A stretch of DNA of 64,000 nucleotides from Candidatus Latescibacterota bacterium (GCA_965242865.1 CBDETK010000013.1:3488001-3552000); one strand, 5' to 3'. Counted from the stretch's first letter, positions 31,003-40,173 are shown. Notes: generated from the letters alone by a model not told the origin. Made by a program: numbers and translations.

Positions 31003-32727
31003 ATGCCCATCCTGCTTTTAGCCTTGCCCTTCATCGCCTGCACGGGCGACGAGGGCGGATACGTCCTCAAAAAGGTGCCGCGCAACCGGACCTTGATCAT
31101 GGATTGTCCCGAGGCCAACACCTGTGCCGGCCAGATCAAAGATTACAACTCCTTCAATCCCTTCATCCCGGGCAGCATCTCGCGGATAGGCTTCAACTTC
31201 CTGTACGAGCCGCTCTACTTCTTCAATGCCTACGAGGAAGACGCCGAGCTCATGCCTTGGATCGCCGAGAGCCACCGCTTCAACGCGGAGTACACCGAGC
31301 TGGTGGTCAACATCCGTCCGGGCGTCGAGTGGAGCGACGGCCAGCCGTGGTCGGCGCACGACTTGGCCTTTACCATCAACATGCTCGTGGAGCACGCCCC
31401 CCAGCTCGTGTACTCGACAGATATGGCGACTTGGGTCAAGGAGGCGGTCGCCCTCGACAGCCTGACGGCCCGCATCACCCTCAAGGAGCCCAATCCGCGC
31501 TTCCTCTTCAGCTACTTCGTCCACAGCGGCGACCAAGGCGTCCCCATCGTGCCCAAGCATATCTGGGCGGGCAAAGATCCCTTGACTTTTGCCAACTTCG
31601 ACCCGCAAAAAGGCTGGCCGGTTCTGACCGGCCCCTACCGCATGGTGCGTTCGGAGCCAGCCCAGCGGATTTGGGACCGGCGCGAGGGCTGGTGGGCCGA
31701 GAAGATCGGCTTTCAGGAGCCGCCGCAGGTCGAGCGGCTGATTTACCTGACGTACATGGAGGAGCACAAGCGCGTCCAAAACCTGATCGCCAACAACATC
31801 GACACCTGCTTGGAACTGCGCCCGGCCAACATGGTGTCTCTGTTGGAGCGCAACCGCAACATCACGACTTGGACCGGCCGCGAGCCGCCGTATAGCTACA
31901 TCACTTGGTGGCCCATCTCGCTGGGGTTTAACGGGCTAGAAGCTCCATGGTCCGATCCCGCGATGCGCCGCGCGGTCAACTACGCCATCGACCGCGAGCG
32001 ACTCGTGAGCATCGGCTGGCAAAACTCAGGGGCCTGGACCCTGCTGCCCTTACCCGATCTCCCGCAGCTGCAGCGGTATTTTACGCTGGCCGAGGATTTG
32101 GTCGCCGAGCACCAAGTCGGCGTCTTCGACTTGGCAAAGAGCGCGGAGATCCTCGCCGGCAAAGGCTACATGCACAACGGGGTCTTTTGGGAAAAGGACG
32201 GGCAGCCTCTGCGCATGGTCATCGACATCTTCTCGCACTTTCAGGATCTGACGCCCGTGCTCATCGCCCAGCTCAAAAGGGCCGGCATCGACGCCTCCTT
32301 TCGCATGACCTCGGACTTTTCTACCCGCCTGCGCCAAGGCACGGCGCGCGCGTACCTAATTGGCAACTTCAGCTCCATGCGCGACCCCTACTTTGTGCTG
32401 CGCCAGTACCAAAGCCGCTTTGTCCAGCCCACCGGCGAACCGGCCGACATGCCTTGGCGCTGGCAAAACCCGGCGTACGACGCGCTGATCGACCAAATGG
32501 GGCAGACGCCGGCCGACGACCCGGCGATGGACGCGCTCTACCGCCAAGCCATGGACCTCTGGCTCGCCGAACTGCCCTCCATCCCCCTCGTCCAATGGCC
32601 GCACCGCATCCCGCACAACGAGACCTATTGGACCAACTGGCCCAGCGCGGCAAACCCCTATATCAACAGCGCGTACTGGAGCCGCACTTGGCTTTTGGTA
32701 TTGCTAAACTTGCGGCCGCAGCGGTGA
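31003..32727 (+). CDS. ABC transporter family 5 solute-binding lipoprotein
   Basis: Lipobox FIA-C; IRPGVEWSDG, TGPY, RRAVNYAIDR. No permease genes adjacent. Confidence 0.9.
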   Translation: MPILLLALPFIACTGDEGGYVLKKVPRNRTLIMDCPEANTCAGQIKDYNSFNPFIPGSISRIGFNFLYEPLYFFNAYEEDAELMPWIAESHRFNAEYTELVVNIRPGVEWSDGQPWSAHDLAFTINMLVEHAPQLVYSTDMATWVKEAVALDSLTARITLKEPNPRFLFSYFVHSGDQGVPIVPKHIWAGKDPLTFANFDPQKGWPVLTGPYRMVRSEPAQRIWDRREGWWAEKIGFQEPPQVERLIYLTYMEEHKRVQNLIANNIDTCLELRPANMVSLLERNRNITTWTGREPPYSYITWWPISLGFNGLEAPWSDPAMRRAVNYAIDRERLVSIGWQNSGAWTLLPLPDLPQLQRYFTLAEDLVAEHQVGVFDLAKSAEILAGKGYMHNGVFWEKDGQPLRMVIDIFSHFQDLTPVLIAQLKRAGIDASFRMTSDFSTRLRQGTARAYLIGNFSSMRDPYFVLRQYQSRFVQPTGEPADMPWRWQNPAYDALIDQMGQTPADDPAMDALYRQAMDLWLAELPSIPLVQWPHRIPHNETYWTNWPSAANPYINSAYWSRTWLLVLLNLRPQR

Positions 32728-33044
32728 TGGACCGCCAAGCTAGGCGCACGCTCATTGCGGCGTGGTTGGTGGCTTCAGCCGGGCTGCTTTTCGCATTGGT
32801 CGCGCCCTATCTCGTGCCGGAGCAAACGCTTTTTTCCGCCAGCGCGGTCTTTGCGGTGCCGCATGGCCGCGGGGAGACGTGCGCTTTGTGCGGCATGACG
32901 CGGGCCTTCGCGGCCATTGCCCGGGGCGACTTTGCGGCGGCCCTTCTGTACAATCGAGGATCAGTCGCCTTTTACGGAGTTTTGCTCGCCAATTCGCTCG
33001 CGGTCGCCGCTTTCTTACTGCGGCGAATGCACAAAGGGAGGTAA
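32727..33044 (+). CDS. DUF2752-like membrane protein
   Basis: CALCGMTRAF...A..YN motif. Confidence 0.75.
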   Translation: MDRQARRTLIAAWLVASAGLLFALVAPYLVPEQTLFSASAVFAVPHGRGETCALCGMTRAFAAIARGDFAAALLYNRGSVAFYGVLLANSLAVAAFLLRRMHKGR

Positions 33045-33048
33045 CATC

Positions 33049-33297
33049 ATGCAGGTGCTTAGTTTGCTGTGGGGCATTCTGGCTATTGTTGGAATGGTCG
33101 TGGGGTTTTTCCCGTGTCTCGGCTCGCTAAACTGGCTCAACATACCTTTTGCCGGCGTCGGCATCATCGTCAGCGGCATCGCGCTCGGCACGGCGGGCGA
33201 CCAATCCAAAAGCACGGCCGCGGCTGGGCTGGTATGCTGTGTTGTGGCCCTGTTTTTTGGCATCATACGCCTCGCGCTCGGCGGGGGCGTTCTCTAG
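33049..33297 (+). CDS. Small membrane protein (DUF4190-like)
   Basis: GGAGG RBS; three hydrophobic segments, FPCLGSLNWLNIPFA. Confidence 0.7.
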   Translation: MQVLSLLWGILAIVGMVVGFFPCLGSLNWLNIPFAGVGIIVSGIALGTAGDQSKSTAAAGLVCCVVALFFGIIRLALGGGVL

Positions 33298-33301
33298 CCC
33301 C

Positions 33302-34597
33302 TTACGAGAGCCGCCCCTCTTTTTGCAGAATGTCCCCGGCAATCGCGTAGGTCGTGCCGTGCATGGCAATGACGACGAGGCCGATTCCGGCCGCGAGATA
33401 GCCCCCGAGATACAAGTTGGGTACGTCAATCGATTCGTAGTTGTGAGCGTGGGTCTGCACTTGCTCAACTTGGAATCGGTAGTTGTCGCGCATGGGCGTT
33501 AGGGTCAGCGGCGCAAAGCCCTGCACGATTGAATAATCGGCCACGCCGCCGATTTCCTTGATCACGTGATCGACCTCCACCACTTGCTCGCCGGCGGGCG
33601 TTTTCAGCCCGACCCGGCCGTCCTCGGCAATTTGGGTCACCTGGGTGTGATACGAGGTTTTGAGCCGGGGCGAGCGGCTTTCGAGGATTTCGGCGATGCG
33701 CTGGTAATAAGGCAACCCGTGGCGGCTGTCGTTGATTAGCTGCCAATGGACCGCTGGCCCTTGGCGCATGGCGTAATGCACTTGCTTGCCGGCGTCGTGC
33801 AATTCGGTCGCGGCCCAATCGCCCGAGCGCCCGCCGCCCACCACGAGCACCCGCTCGCCGGGGAAGTCTTCGGGCTTGTCGTAGTGCGCGGTGACCAAAG
33901 GACAAGTCTCGCCCTCAACCCCTAGTGACCGCAGGCGACCGCGCTGGCCGGTTGCCAAGACCAAGTACTTACAGGTGTAGCGTTGCTCAACGCCCGTTTG
34001 CACGTGCCGACTGGTGAGCTGAAAGCCCCGTTCGTGCGGTTCAATCCGCTCAACTTCCTCAAAGGTGCGAATGCGCTCGGCCACCCCAAAGCGCTCGGGC
34101 ACTCGGTGGTAGTACTCGATCAGGTCGGTCTTGAGGATTAGGGCGTTGACGTCTAAGGCGCGCCCGGCTTCTGCGGCGTACTGGGCCAGCGGATAAAAGG
34201 CAAACTCCATCCACTGGCCCGGCGACAAGGTCAACAGGTTTTGCGGTGCTCGGTTCCACAATCCGCCGACCGGCTCGCGGCTGATGAGCAGGGCGTCCAA
34301 TGGCTCGCCGCGCCGAAAGTCCATGGCGACTTGGTCTAGTTCCTCAAAGAGCTGGCGCGGGTGGTGCAGCGCGCGAAATAGGTCAACCGGCTTGATGCCG
34401 CTCTGCACGAGCTGGCGCATATCCAGCCCCAACAGCGAGCGGTCGAACTGCTGCAAGTACCGGGCGAGCGGCGCGTAGCGCGTGGCAAACATGCGGCTGT
34501 TGCGGAAAAAAGGATGCCAGCCGCCCAAAACTACGGCGAGGGGTAGGCCCGCTGGCCCCCCGCCGACGATGATGACGGTGTGGTGTTCTGTGCTCAT
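33302..34597 (-). CDS. FAD/NAD(P)-dependent oxidoreductase, OSGIN-like
   Basis: IIVGGGPAG, GGLW, LATG, VVGGGRSG; N-terminal layout resembles animal OSGIN1/2 (from recall). Confidence 0.8.
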   Translation of the reverse strand: MSTEHHTVIIVGGGPAGLPLAVVLGGWHPFFRNSRMFATRYAPLARYLQQFDRSLLGLDMRQLVQSGIKPVDLFRALHHPRQLFEELDQVAMDFRRGEPLDALLISREPVGGLWNRAPQNLLTLSPGQWMEFAFYPLAQYAAEAGRALDVNALILKTDLIEYYHRVPERFGVAERIRTFEEVERIEPHERGFQLTSRHVQTGVEQRYTCKYLVLATGQRGRLRSLGVEGETCPLVTAHYDKPEDFPGERVLVVGGGRSGDWAATELHDAGKQVHYAMRQGPAVHWQLINDSRHGLPYYQRIAEILESRSPRLKTSYHTQVTQIAEDGRVGLKTPAGEQVVEVDHVIKEIGGVADYSIVQGFAPLTLTPMRDNYRFQVEQVQTHAHNYESIDVPNLYLGGYLAAGIGLVVIAMHGTTYAIAGDILQKEGRLS

Positions 34598-34618
34598 CTC
34601 ATTTCAGTCGTTACAGTC

Positions 34619-34654
34619 GTTTCGATCTGCTTCCCTGCCGAAGCAAGGGGAGAC
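34619..34654 (-). repeat. Degenerate detached CRISPR repeat
   Basis: + strand GTTTCGATCTGCTTCCCTGCCGAAGCAAGGGGAGAC; last 14 nt identical to the consensus; 280 bp from the array. Confidence 0.85.
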
Positions 34655-34741
34655 ATAATTGGCAGTATTGGTAATATAGCAGTCCTAAGTAACTTGAAGG
34701 CATGAAATGTTGATTGGCACCGTCTTTTTTGCCTATGAGAA

Positions 34742-34766
34742 GTCATTCCCGCAACAGCGGGAATCC
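34742..34766. repeat. REP/dRS3-like palindrome
   Basis: GTCATTCCC-GCAACAGC-GGGAATCC (ATTCCC-N8-GGGAAT). Confidence 0.5.
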
Positions 34767-34934
34767 AGTTTTGAATGATATGGGATTGCTATTATGAACC
34801 GGGGTTTCTTGTTGGTCAATTGTGCGTATTGTGCAGATGCGGCGGGCTTGCCTGCCCTGTGAGGCTCCCAATCGCTACGATTATCCCAAAAGCGACTACA
34901 CAATTTGCATAAAAATGCTCGGCGTACCCGCACT

Positions 34935-37849
34935 GTTTCAATCCGCTCCCCTCACCAAAGCAAGGGGAGACTCGTTGACTTTGGCCCGCGCCTCCGATTA
35001 TTTCACGTTTCAATCCGCTCCCCTCACCAAAGCAAGGGGAGACATCATGGAATTACTCGTGCTGGCTGCCCTGGTCATGTTTCAATCCGCTCCCCTCACC
35101 AAAGCAAGGGGAGACAGCCGCAGCTCTTTGGCCAGCTCGCCGGTCAAGCTGTTTCAATCCGCTCCCCTCACCAAAGCAAGGGGAGACCCCGAAGACGTGC
35201 GCGACGAGGCGGTCATCCGGGTGTTTCAATCCGCTCCCCTCACCAAAGCAAGGGGAGACGGGTTAGTGCAGGGGGAAGCGTCGCTGTACAGCGGCGTTTC
35301 AATCCGCTCCCCTCACCAAAGCAAGGGGAGACGGGCGCTGGACTCCCCATCATACTCGAGGTAGCACCAGTTTCAATCCGCTCCCCTCACCAAAGCAAGG
35401 GGAGACCACGGGCATGACGACGGGCATGACGACGCCCATGAGTTTCAATCCGCTCCCCTCACCAAAGCAAGGGGAGACCCAAGTCGCTCGCCCGCACCGC
35501 CCGGCTAGAACGTAGTTTCAATCCGCTCCCCTCACCAAAGCAAGGGGAGACGCGAGCCCTTCTGCGGGATGGCTTCGATATTGCTCGTTTCAATCCGCTC
35601 CCCTCACCAAAGCAAGGGGAGACTTGGGGCTGGGGCGGACGTCAACGCGAAGGACAGAGTTTCAATCCGCTCCCCTCACCAAAGCAAGGGGAGACAAGGG
35701 ACAAGCGATACCGTGGTGCTGCATCTATTGTTTCAATCCGCTCCCCTCACCAAAGCAAGGGGAGACTCGCTCAGGTAGGCTACGATTACGTCCTTGCGCT
35801 TGTTTCAATCCGCTCCCCTCACCAAAGCAAGGGGAGACCGCGCCGTAACAGCACACCCACGTAGTTGATGGAGTTTCAATCCGCTCCCCTCACCAAAGCA
35901 AGGGGAGACGCGAGTTCGGCGGTGACCGCTGGCGATACAGTTTGTTTCAATCCGCTCCCCTCACCAAAGCAAGGGGAGACAACAAGGGGAACACGCGATT
36001 TCACGTGAGCGTAAAGTTTCAATCCGCTCCCCTCACCAAAGCAAGGGGAGACCGCCTCGCTGACGGATGGGCGTTACGTCATTTACGTTTCAATCCGCTC
36101 CCCTCACCAAAGCAAGGGGAGACCCGTCACGTCTCTCGTAGCGGCCGCGAACTGCAAGGTTTCAATCCGCTCCCCTCACCAAAGCAAGGGGAGACTGGGA
36201 ACCCTGTACCTTAGGGGGGCGGCGGCTTGGTTTCAATCCGCTCCCCTCACCAAAGCAAGGGGAGACGCCAATCTGATAGGCACAATCTACCAGGATGCCC
36301 TGTTTCAATCCGCTCCCCTCACCAAAGCAAGGGGAGACGCGTCGCGTCCGCGTAGAGGATCGCCGCGTCGGTGTTTCAATCCGCTCCCCTCACCAAAGCA
36401 AGGGGAGACTGCCGCACGCTGACCGAGGGCTTCATTGTCCTATGGGTTTCAATCCGCTCCCCTCACCAAAGCAAGGGGAGACGCGCCGCGCCCGCGAACA
36501 ACGACATGGCCCAGCGAAGTTTCAATCCGCTCCCCTCACCAAAGCAAGGGGAGACTTGCCAATTTATCCTTGCTTGGGTTGGCATGATAGGTTTCAATCC
36601 GCTCCCCTCACCAAAGCAAGGGGAGACCCGCTGTGTGTGTGTGCCGCGCTTGGCCGCGGCACAGTTTCAATCCGCTCCCCTCACCAAAGCAAGGGGAGAC
36701 CCCCGGCTTGGGGTGCGGCAGGGGGCGGCGGCAAGGTTTCAATCCGCTCCCCTCACCAAAGCAAGGGGAGACACCGCGGCTTCGAGCGGCTTGTGTTCCT
36801 CGCAATCGTTTCAATCCGCTCCCCTCACCAAAGCAAGGGGAGACATATCAGGCCTCCTTTTGGTTGGGTGGGTGGACTGTTTCAATCCGCTCCCCTCACC
36901 AAAGCAAGGGGAGACGGGCCGTCAAGCCCCGCAACAAGCACATGGGCTTTGTTTCAATCCGCTCCCCTCACCAAAGCAAGGGGAGACGGGGCGCGCGGGG
37001 CGTTCCCACTTGGCTGGATCTAGTTTCAATCCGCTCCCCTCACCAAAGCAAGGGGAGACCCGATCATGCCAACCCAAGCAAGGTTATTTGGCTATGTTTC
37101 AATCCGCTCCCCTCACCAAAGCAAGGGGAGACACCGCACCTGCAAGGCTACCCGCTCATTGTCGATGTTTCAATCCGCTCCCCTCACCAAAGCAAGGGGA
37201 GACAGCCCGAGGGGTAATTGGTCTTGCCGCATTAGCTTGTTTCAATCCGCTCCCCTCACCAAAGCAAGGGGAGACCAAGCGACCGCGCCCACGTCGGCAG
37301 CCGATACCGTGTTTCAATCCGCTCCCCTCACCAAAGCAAGGGGAGACAACCCGAATGCGGTCTTGTCGGCTTGTATTTTTCTGTTTCAATCCGCTCCCCT
37401 CACCAAAGCAAGGGGAGACCGGGCGTTGAAGCTGGGAGCACGGTATAAGAAGATGTTTCAATCCGCTCCCCTCACCAAAGCAAGGGGAGACAGAGTGGAT
37501 TGAAACTTTTTCTTTTTTCTTTGCGTGTTTCAATCCGCTCCCCTCACCAAAGCAAGGGGAGACATTTGCGGCTGGGCGGTGAGTGCGAGGTGATCGAGTT
37601 TCAATCCGCTCCCCTCACCAAAGCAAGGGGAGACAAGGTGGAACGTTGGGCCGGTCTCGCCCCCGGCCCGTTTCAATCCGCTCCCCTCACCAAAGCAAGG
37701 GGAGACGATGCGTTGGTCAAAACGACCACGAGCGCGAACACGTTTCAATCCGCTCCCCTCACCAAAGCAAGGGGAGACAGGTAGAGGATTTTCCCTACTC
37801 GCTCTCGCGCTTGTTTCAATCCGCTCCCCTCACCAAAGCAAGGGGAGAC
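34935..37849 (-). CRISPR. CRISPR array, 41 repeats of 37 bp and 40 spacers of about 34-37 bp
   Basis: Repeat in the transcribed orientation GTCTCCCCTTGCTTTGGTGAGGGGAGCGGATTGAAAC (hairpin + ATTGAAAC end); about 72-bp period; leader on the cas2 side. Confidence 0.99.
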
Positions 37850-38029
37850 TCCGGTTGCTGTAACCAGCGGAACAACAAAAGGTTACATAAGTGGATGCGC
37901 GAACCTCCTTTCTTCCGCATCCTACGGCCGAAGCGAGAGCATACTCCTCGCTGTAAATTATTGTTAGCCATAAAGTTGCTAACTGCGCGAAAGTAAGCGC
38001 AAAACGCCGTTGCTTCGCATTCGCGCATG
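37850..38029 (-). promoter_or_regulatory. CRISPR leader
   Basis: Non-coding, relatively AT-rich stretch between the cas2 stop and the first repeat. Confidence 0.8.
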
Positions 38030-38320
38030 CTATAAGACCAGTGGCTCATTCAAGTCCACGGGTTCGTTAAGTCCGTGATGCTCCGTCTTGCCTCTGGCGT
38101 CTTCGTCCAGATAATAAAACCTGAGAGAATCCTGCTTGGGATCAATTCCCTTTAGCAGGCGACTCCTAAGCACCGCCCATTCCGTTTTTCCCACCTGACA
38201 TTCAAAAAGCGATTTCTGCACTCGGACGCCGTAATCCTTACAGGCTCTTGCCACTTGGCGTAGCCGTCGTTGGCCAGCTCGGTCGGTAGTAGAAACGTCG
38301 TACGCGATCAGGATAAACAT
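38030..38320 (-). CDS. cas2: Cas2
   Basis: MFILIAYDVST...RRLRQVARAC..YGVRVQKSLFEC...DSLRFY. Confidence 0.97.
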   Translation of the reverse strand: MFILIAYDVSTTDRAGQRRLRQVARACKDYGVRVQKSLFECQVGKTEWAVLRSRLLKGIDPKQDSLRFYYLDEDARGKTEHHGLNEPVDLNEPLVL

Positions 38321-39375
38321 TATTTTGGAATGAAGGGGATATAGTCCGGGACATCGCCGCGGAGCTTGCGGGCCAACAATTTGGCCTGAATACTGAATAC
38401 TTGCCCCAAGCGGACATTCTGCTTGAATAGGGCGTGTTTTACTTCTGTTTGCTTGCGCCGTTGCCAAGCTTGGATGACCTCTCGCCTGCCTTGGTCGGTA
38501 AATTCTACGGCCCCGCCCTCTCGCTCGCGAAAGTGCTTGGCCTCGATCTGCCGTCGATTGATCAGGGTCAATGCCAGCCGCTCTGCCAAACAGGGTCGAA
38601 ACTCTTCCATGAGGTCTAAGGCGCAAGCCGGCCTTCCCGCTCGCGTTACATGAAGCCAGCCGACATAAGCGTCCAACCCAGCGGTCGTTAGCGCGGCTAA
38701 GCAATCGTGGCGCACCAAGGCATAAATAAAGGAAAGCAGGCAGTTTATCCGATCCCGGGGCGGACGCCGCGTCCGGGTTAAAAACCTGAAGTCTTCTCGC
38801 TGTTGTTTGAGCATACATTGGAACACCGAGAAGTAGGTCTTGGCCCCTAGCCCCTCTAAGCCCCTGATTGGGTCGAGTGCTTCCCTAAGCCCGCAGTCTG
38901 GGGCAATAGGTGGGGCAGCGCCGAGTTGGCGGATTAGCCGGGCCAGTTCATGCGCTGCATCTGCCAAGGCCGTGCGGTCGGCATCGCCATCGGCTTCCCG
39001 TCCGGCTCGCAAGAGATTGGAGCGTGCGTTTTGCAATTTTCCAGCGACGAATTGCCGGGCAATGCGCGCGGCCTCTTGCGGGCTGTCTGCTGCGGCATAC
39101 TGCGCCCGGCGCAGCAAGTAGCGGGTATCTCCGCTTCCCAAGACTTGTGCCAGCAAGTAGCCGTTCTCCGTGTGGTAATGAACCGCCACTTGATGATCCC
39201 AGCACAAGGCCATGGCCGGGGGCGTAACCACGACCCGCCCAAACGCACAAATGCTTTCCAAATGGTGAATCGGCACGGTCAGGCGATTTTGCTTTTCAAT
39301 CTCGACTCGCAACGTCAAGTGGTCCCTGTGTACCACAGTACCCGGCGTCGTCAAATAAAGAGTGTTTTGTTTCAA
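38320..39375 (-). CDS. cas1: Cas1 (type I-C)
   Basis: NTLYLTT, RGLEG..A..YF, RRPPRDRINCLLSF.Y, LDLMEEFRP. TTG 39375 with AGGGAG RBS is the likely start (track start 39411); both lie inside repeat-like DNA. Confidence 0.96.
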   Translation of the reverse strand: MKQNTLYLTTPGTVVHRDHLTLRVEIEKQNRLTVPIHHLESICAFGRVVVTPPAMALCWDHQVAVHYHTENGYLLAQVLGSGDTRYLLRRAQYAAADSPQEAARIARQFVAGKLQNARSNLLRAGREADGDADRTALADAAHELARLIRQLGAAPPIAPDCGLREALDPIRGLEGLGAKTYFSVFQCMLKQQREDFRFLTRTRRPPRDRINCLLSFIYALVRHDCLAALTTAGLDAYVGWLHVTRAGRPACALDLMEEFRPCLAERLALTLINRRQIEAKHFREREGGAVEFTDQGRREVIQAWQRRKQTEVKHALFKQNVRLGQVFSIQAKLLARKLRGDVPDYIPFIPK

Positions 39376-39454
39376 TCCGTCTCCCTGTTTCAATCCGTTT
39401 CCCTCACCCAAGCAAGAGGAGACGCTGATTGCCGTAACCAGCGGAATGACAAAA
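39369..39454 (-). repeat. Leader fragment + degenerate repeat + half repeat at the cas1 start
   Basis: 39387-39423 matches the repeat at 33/37; 39369-39386 is the repeat 3' half; 39424-39454 matches leader 37850-37880 at 25/31. Confidence 0.92.
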
Positions 39455-39480
39455 TCCTTAAATAGGAGATCCAGACGGGT

Positions 39481-40137
39481 CTAGTCGGTAGTATCGAACA
39501 CTGCCCGATAGGCCCGCGCCAGCGTGGGCGGAACACTGGTGATTTCGGGAAGGCAATGGTCGAAAAGCGAGCACTCGGAACATTGGGGTTTGTGAACAGC
39601 TTGTGGAACCGCGTCCTCCTCAATTATCCGGTGCATGGCTGCGATGGCCTGCTCGGTGAGGCGGCGCAAATCCTCGGTAAATTCCACCTCGCGGCGGCGC
39701 TTGCTCTTGGCGTGGAAGATGGCCCCGCGGGGAATGTCCCGTCCAAACATCTCTTCCAAACACAGGGCTTGCGCGCAAAGCTGGGCGTCGTCGTTGTCAA
39801 ACTTGCGGCGTTTGCCCTTTTTGAACTCGACCGGAACCAACGAACCATCGGGATGGCGTTCAACAATGTCGCACTTGCCGCTGAGCCGCAGCCGATCCGA
39901 CCAGACGGGCAGGGCGCGCAACAGCGTCACGCCCTTGACGGTTTCGTAGCCGGAAACGTCGGCCTGATCATGAAGTTGGCTCCCGACCACCGTATGCACG
40001 TTGTCGCTAAAGGTTCCCTCAACGTGAATTAAGGCCGCCCGGCGAGGGCAATAGAGATATTGATTGATAGAGGAGAGCGGGATGGTCCGCCCCCCACTAT
40101 CGAATGATTGAATCGGCAGGGTGCCCGTTTCATTCAT
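39481..40137 (-). CDS. cas4: Cas4
   Basis: YCPRR, GKCDIVE, PVEFKKG, QLCAQALCLEE, CSECSLFDHC Fe-S cysteines. Confidence 0.97.
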   Translation of the reverse strand: MNETGTLPIQSFDSGGRTIPLSSINQYLYCPRRAALIHVEGTFSDNVHTVVGSQLHDQADVSGYETVKGVTLLRALPVWSDRLRLSGKCDIVERHPDGSLVPVEFKKGKRRKFDNDDAQLCAQALCLEEMFGRDIPRGAIFHAKSKRRREVEFTEDLRRLTEQAIAAMHRIIEEDAVPQAVHKPQCSECSLFDHCLPEITSVPPTLARAYRAVFDTTD

Positions 40138-40173
40138 GTTTCAATCCGCCCCCGTACTCGGAGCCAAGGCGCC
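40138..40173 (-). repeat. Repeat-like hairpin + handle filling the cas7-cas4 gap
   Basis: TGA-GGCGCCTTGGCTCCGAGTACGGGGGCGGATTGAAAC-ATG; 15 of the last 16 nt match the repeat 3' end. Confidence 0.85.

Noticed and set aside
34822-37996. Long ORFs with repeating FQSAPLTKARGD / VSIRSPHQSKGR peptides
   Set aside because: They are translations of the CRISPR repeats.
38321-38818. 262-aa Cas2 fusion
   Set aside because: The extension overlaps cas1 in another frame; real Cas2 starts at 38320.
39369-39423. tracrRNA anti-repeat
   Set aside because: It has the same orientation as the array repeats, and the locus is type I-C with no Cas9/Cas12.
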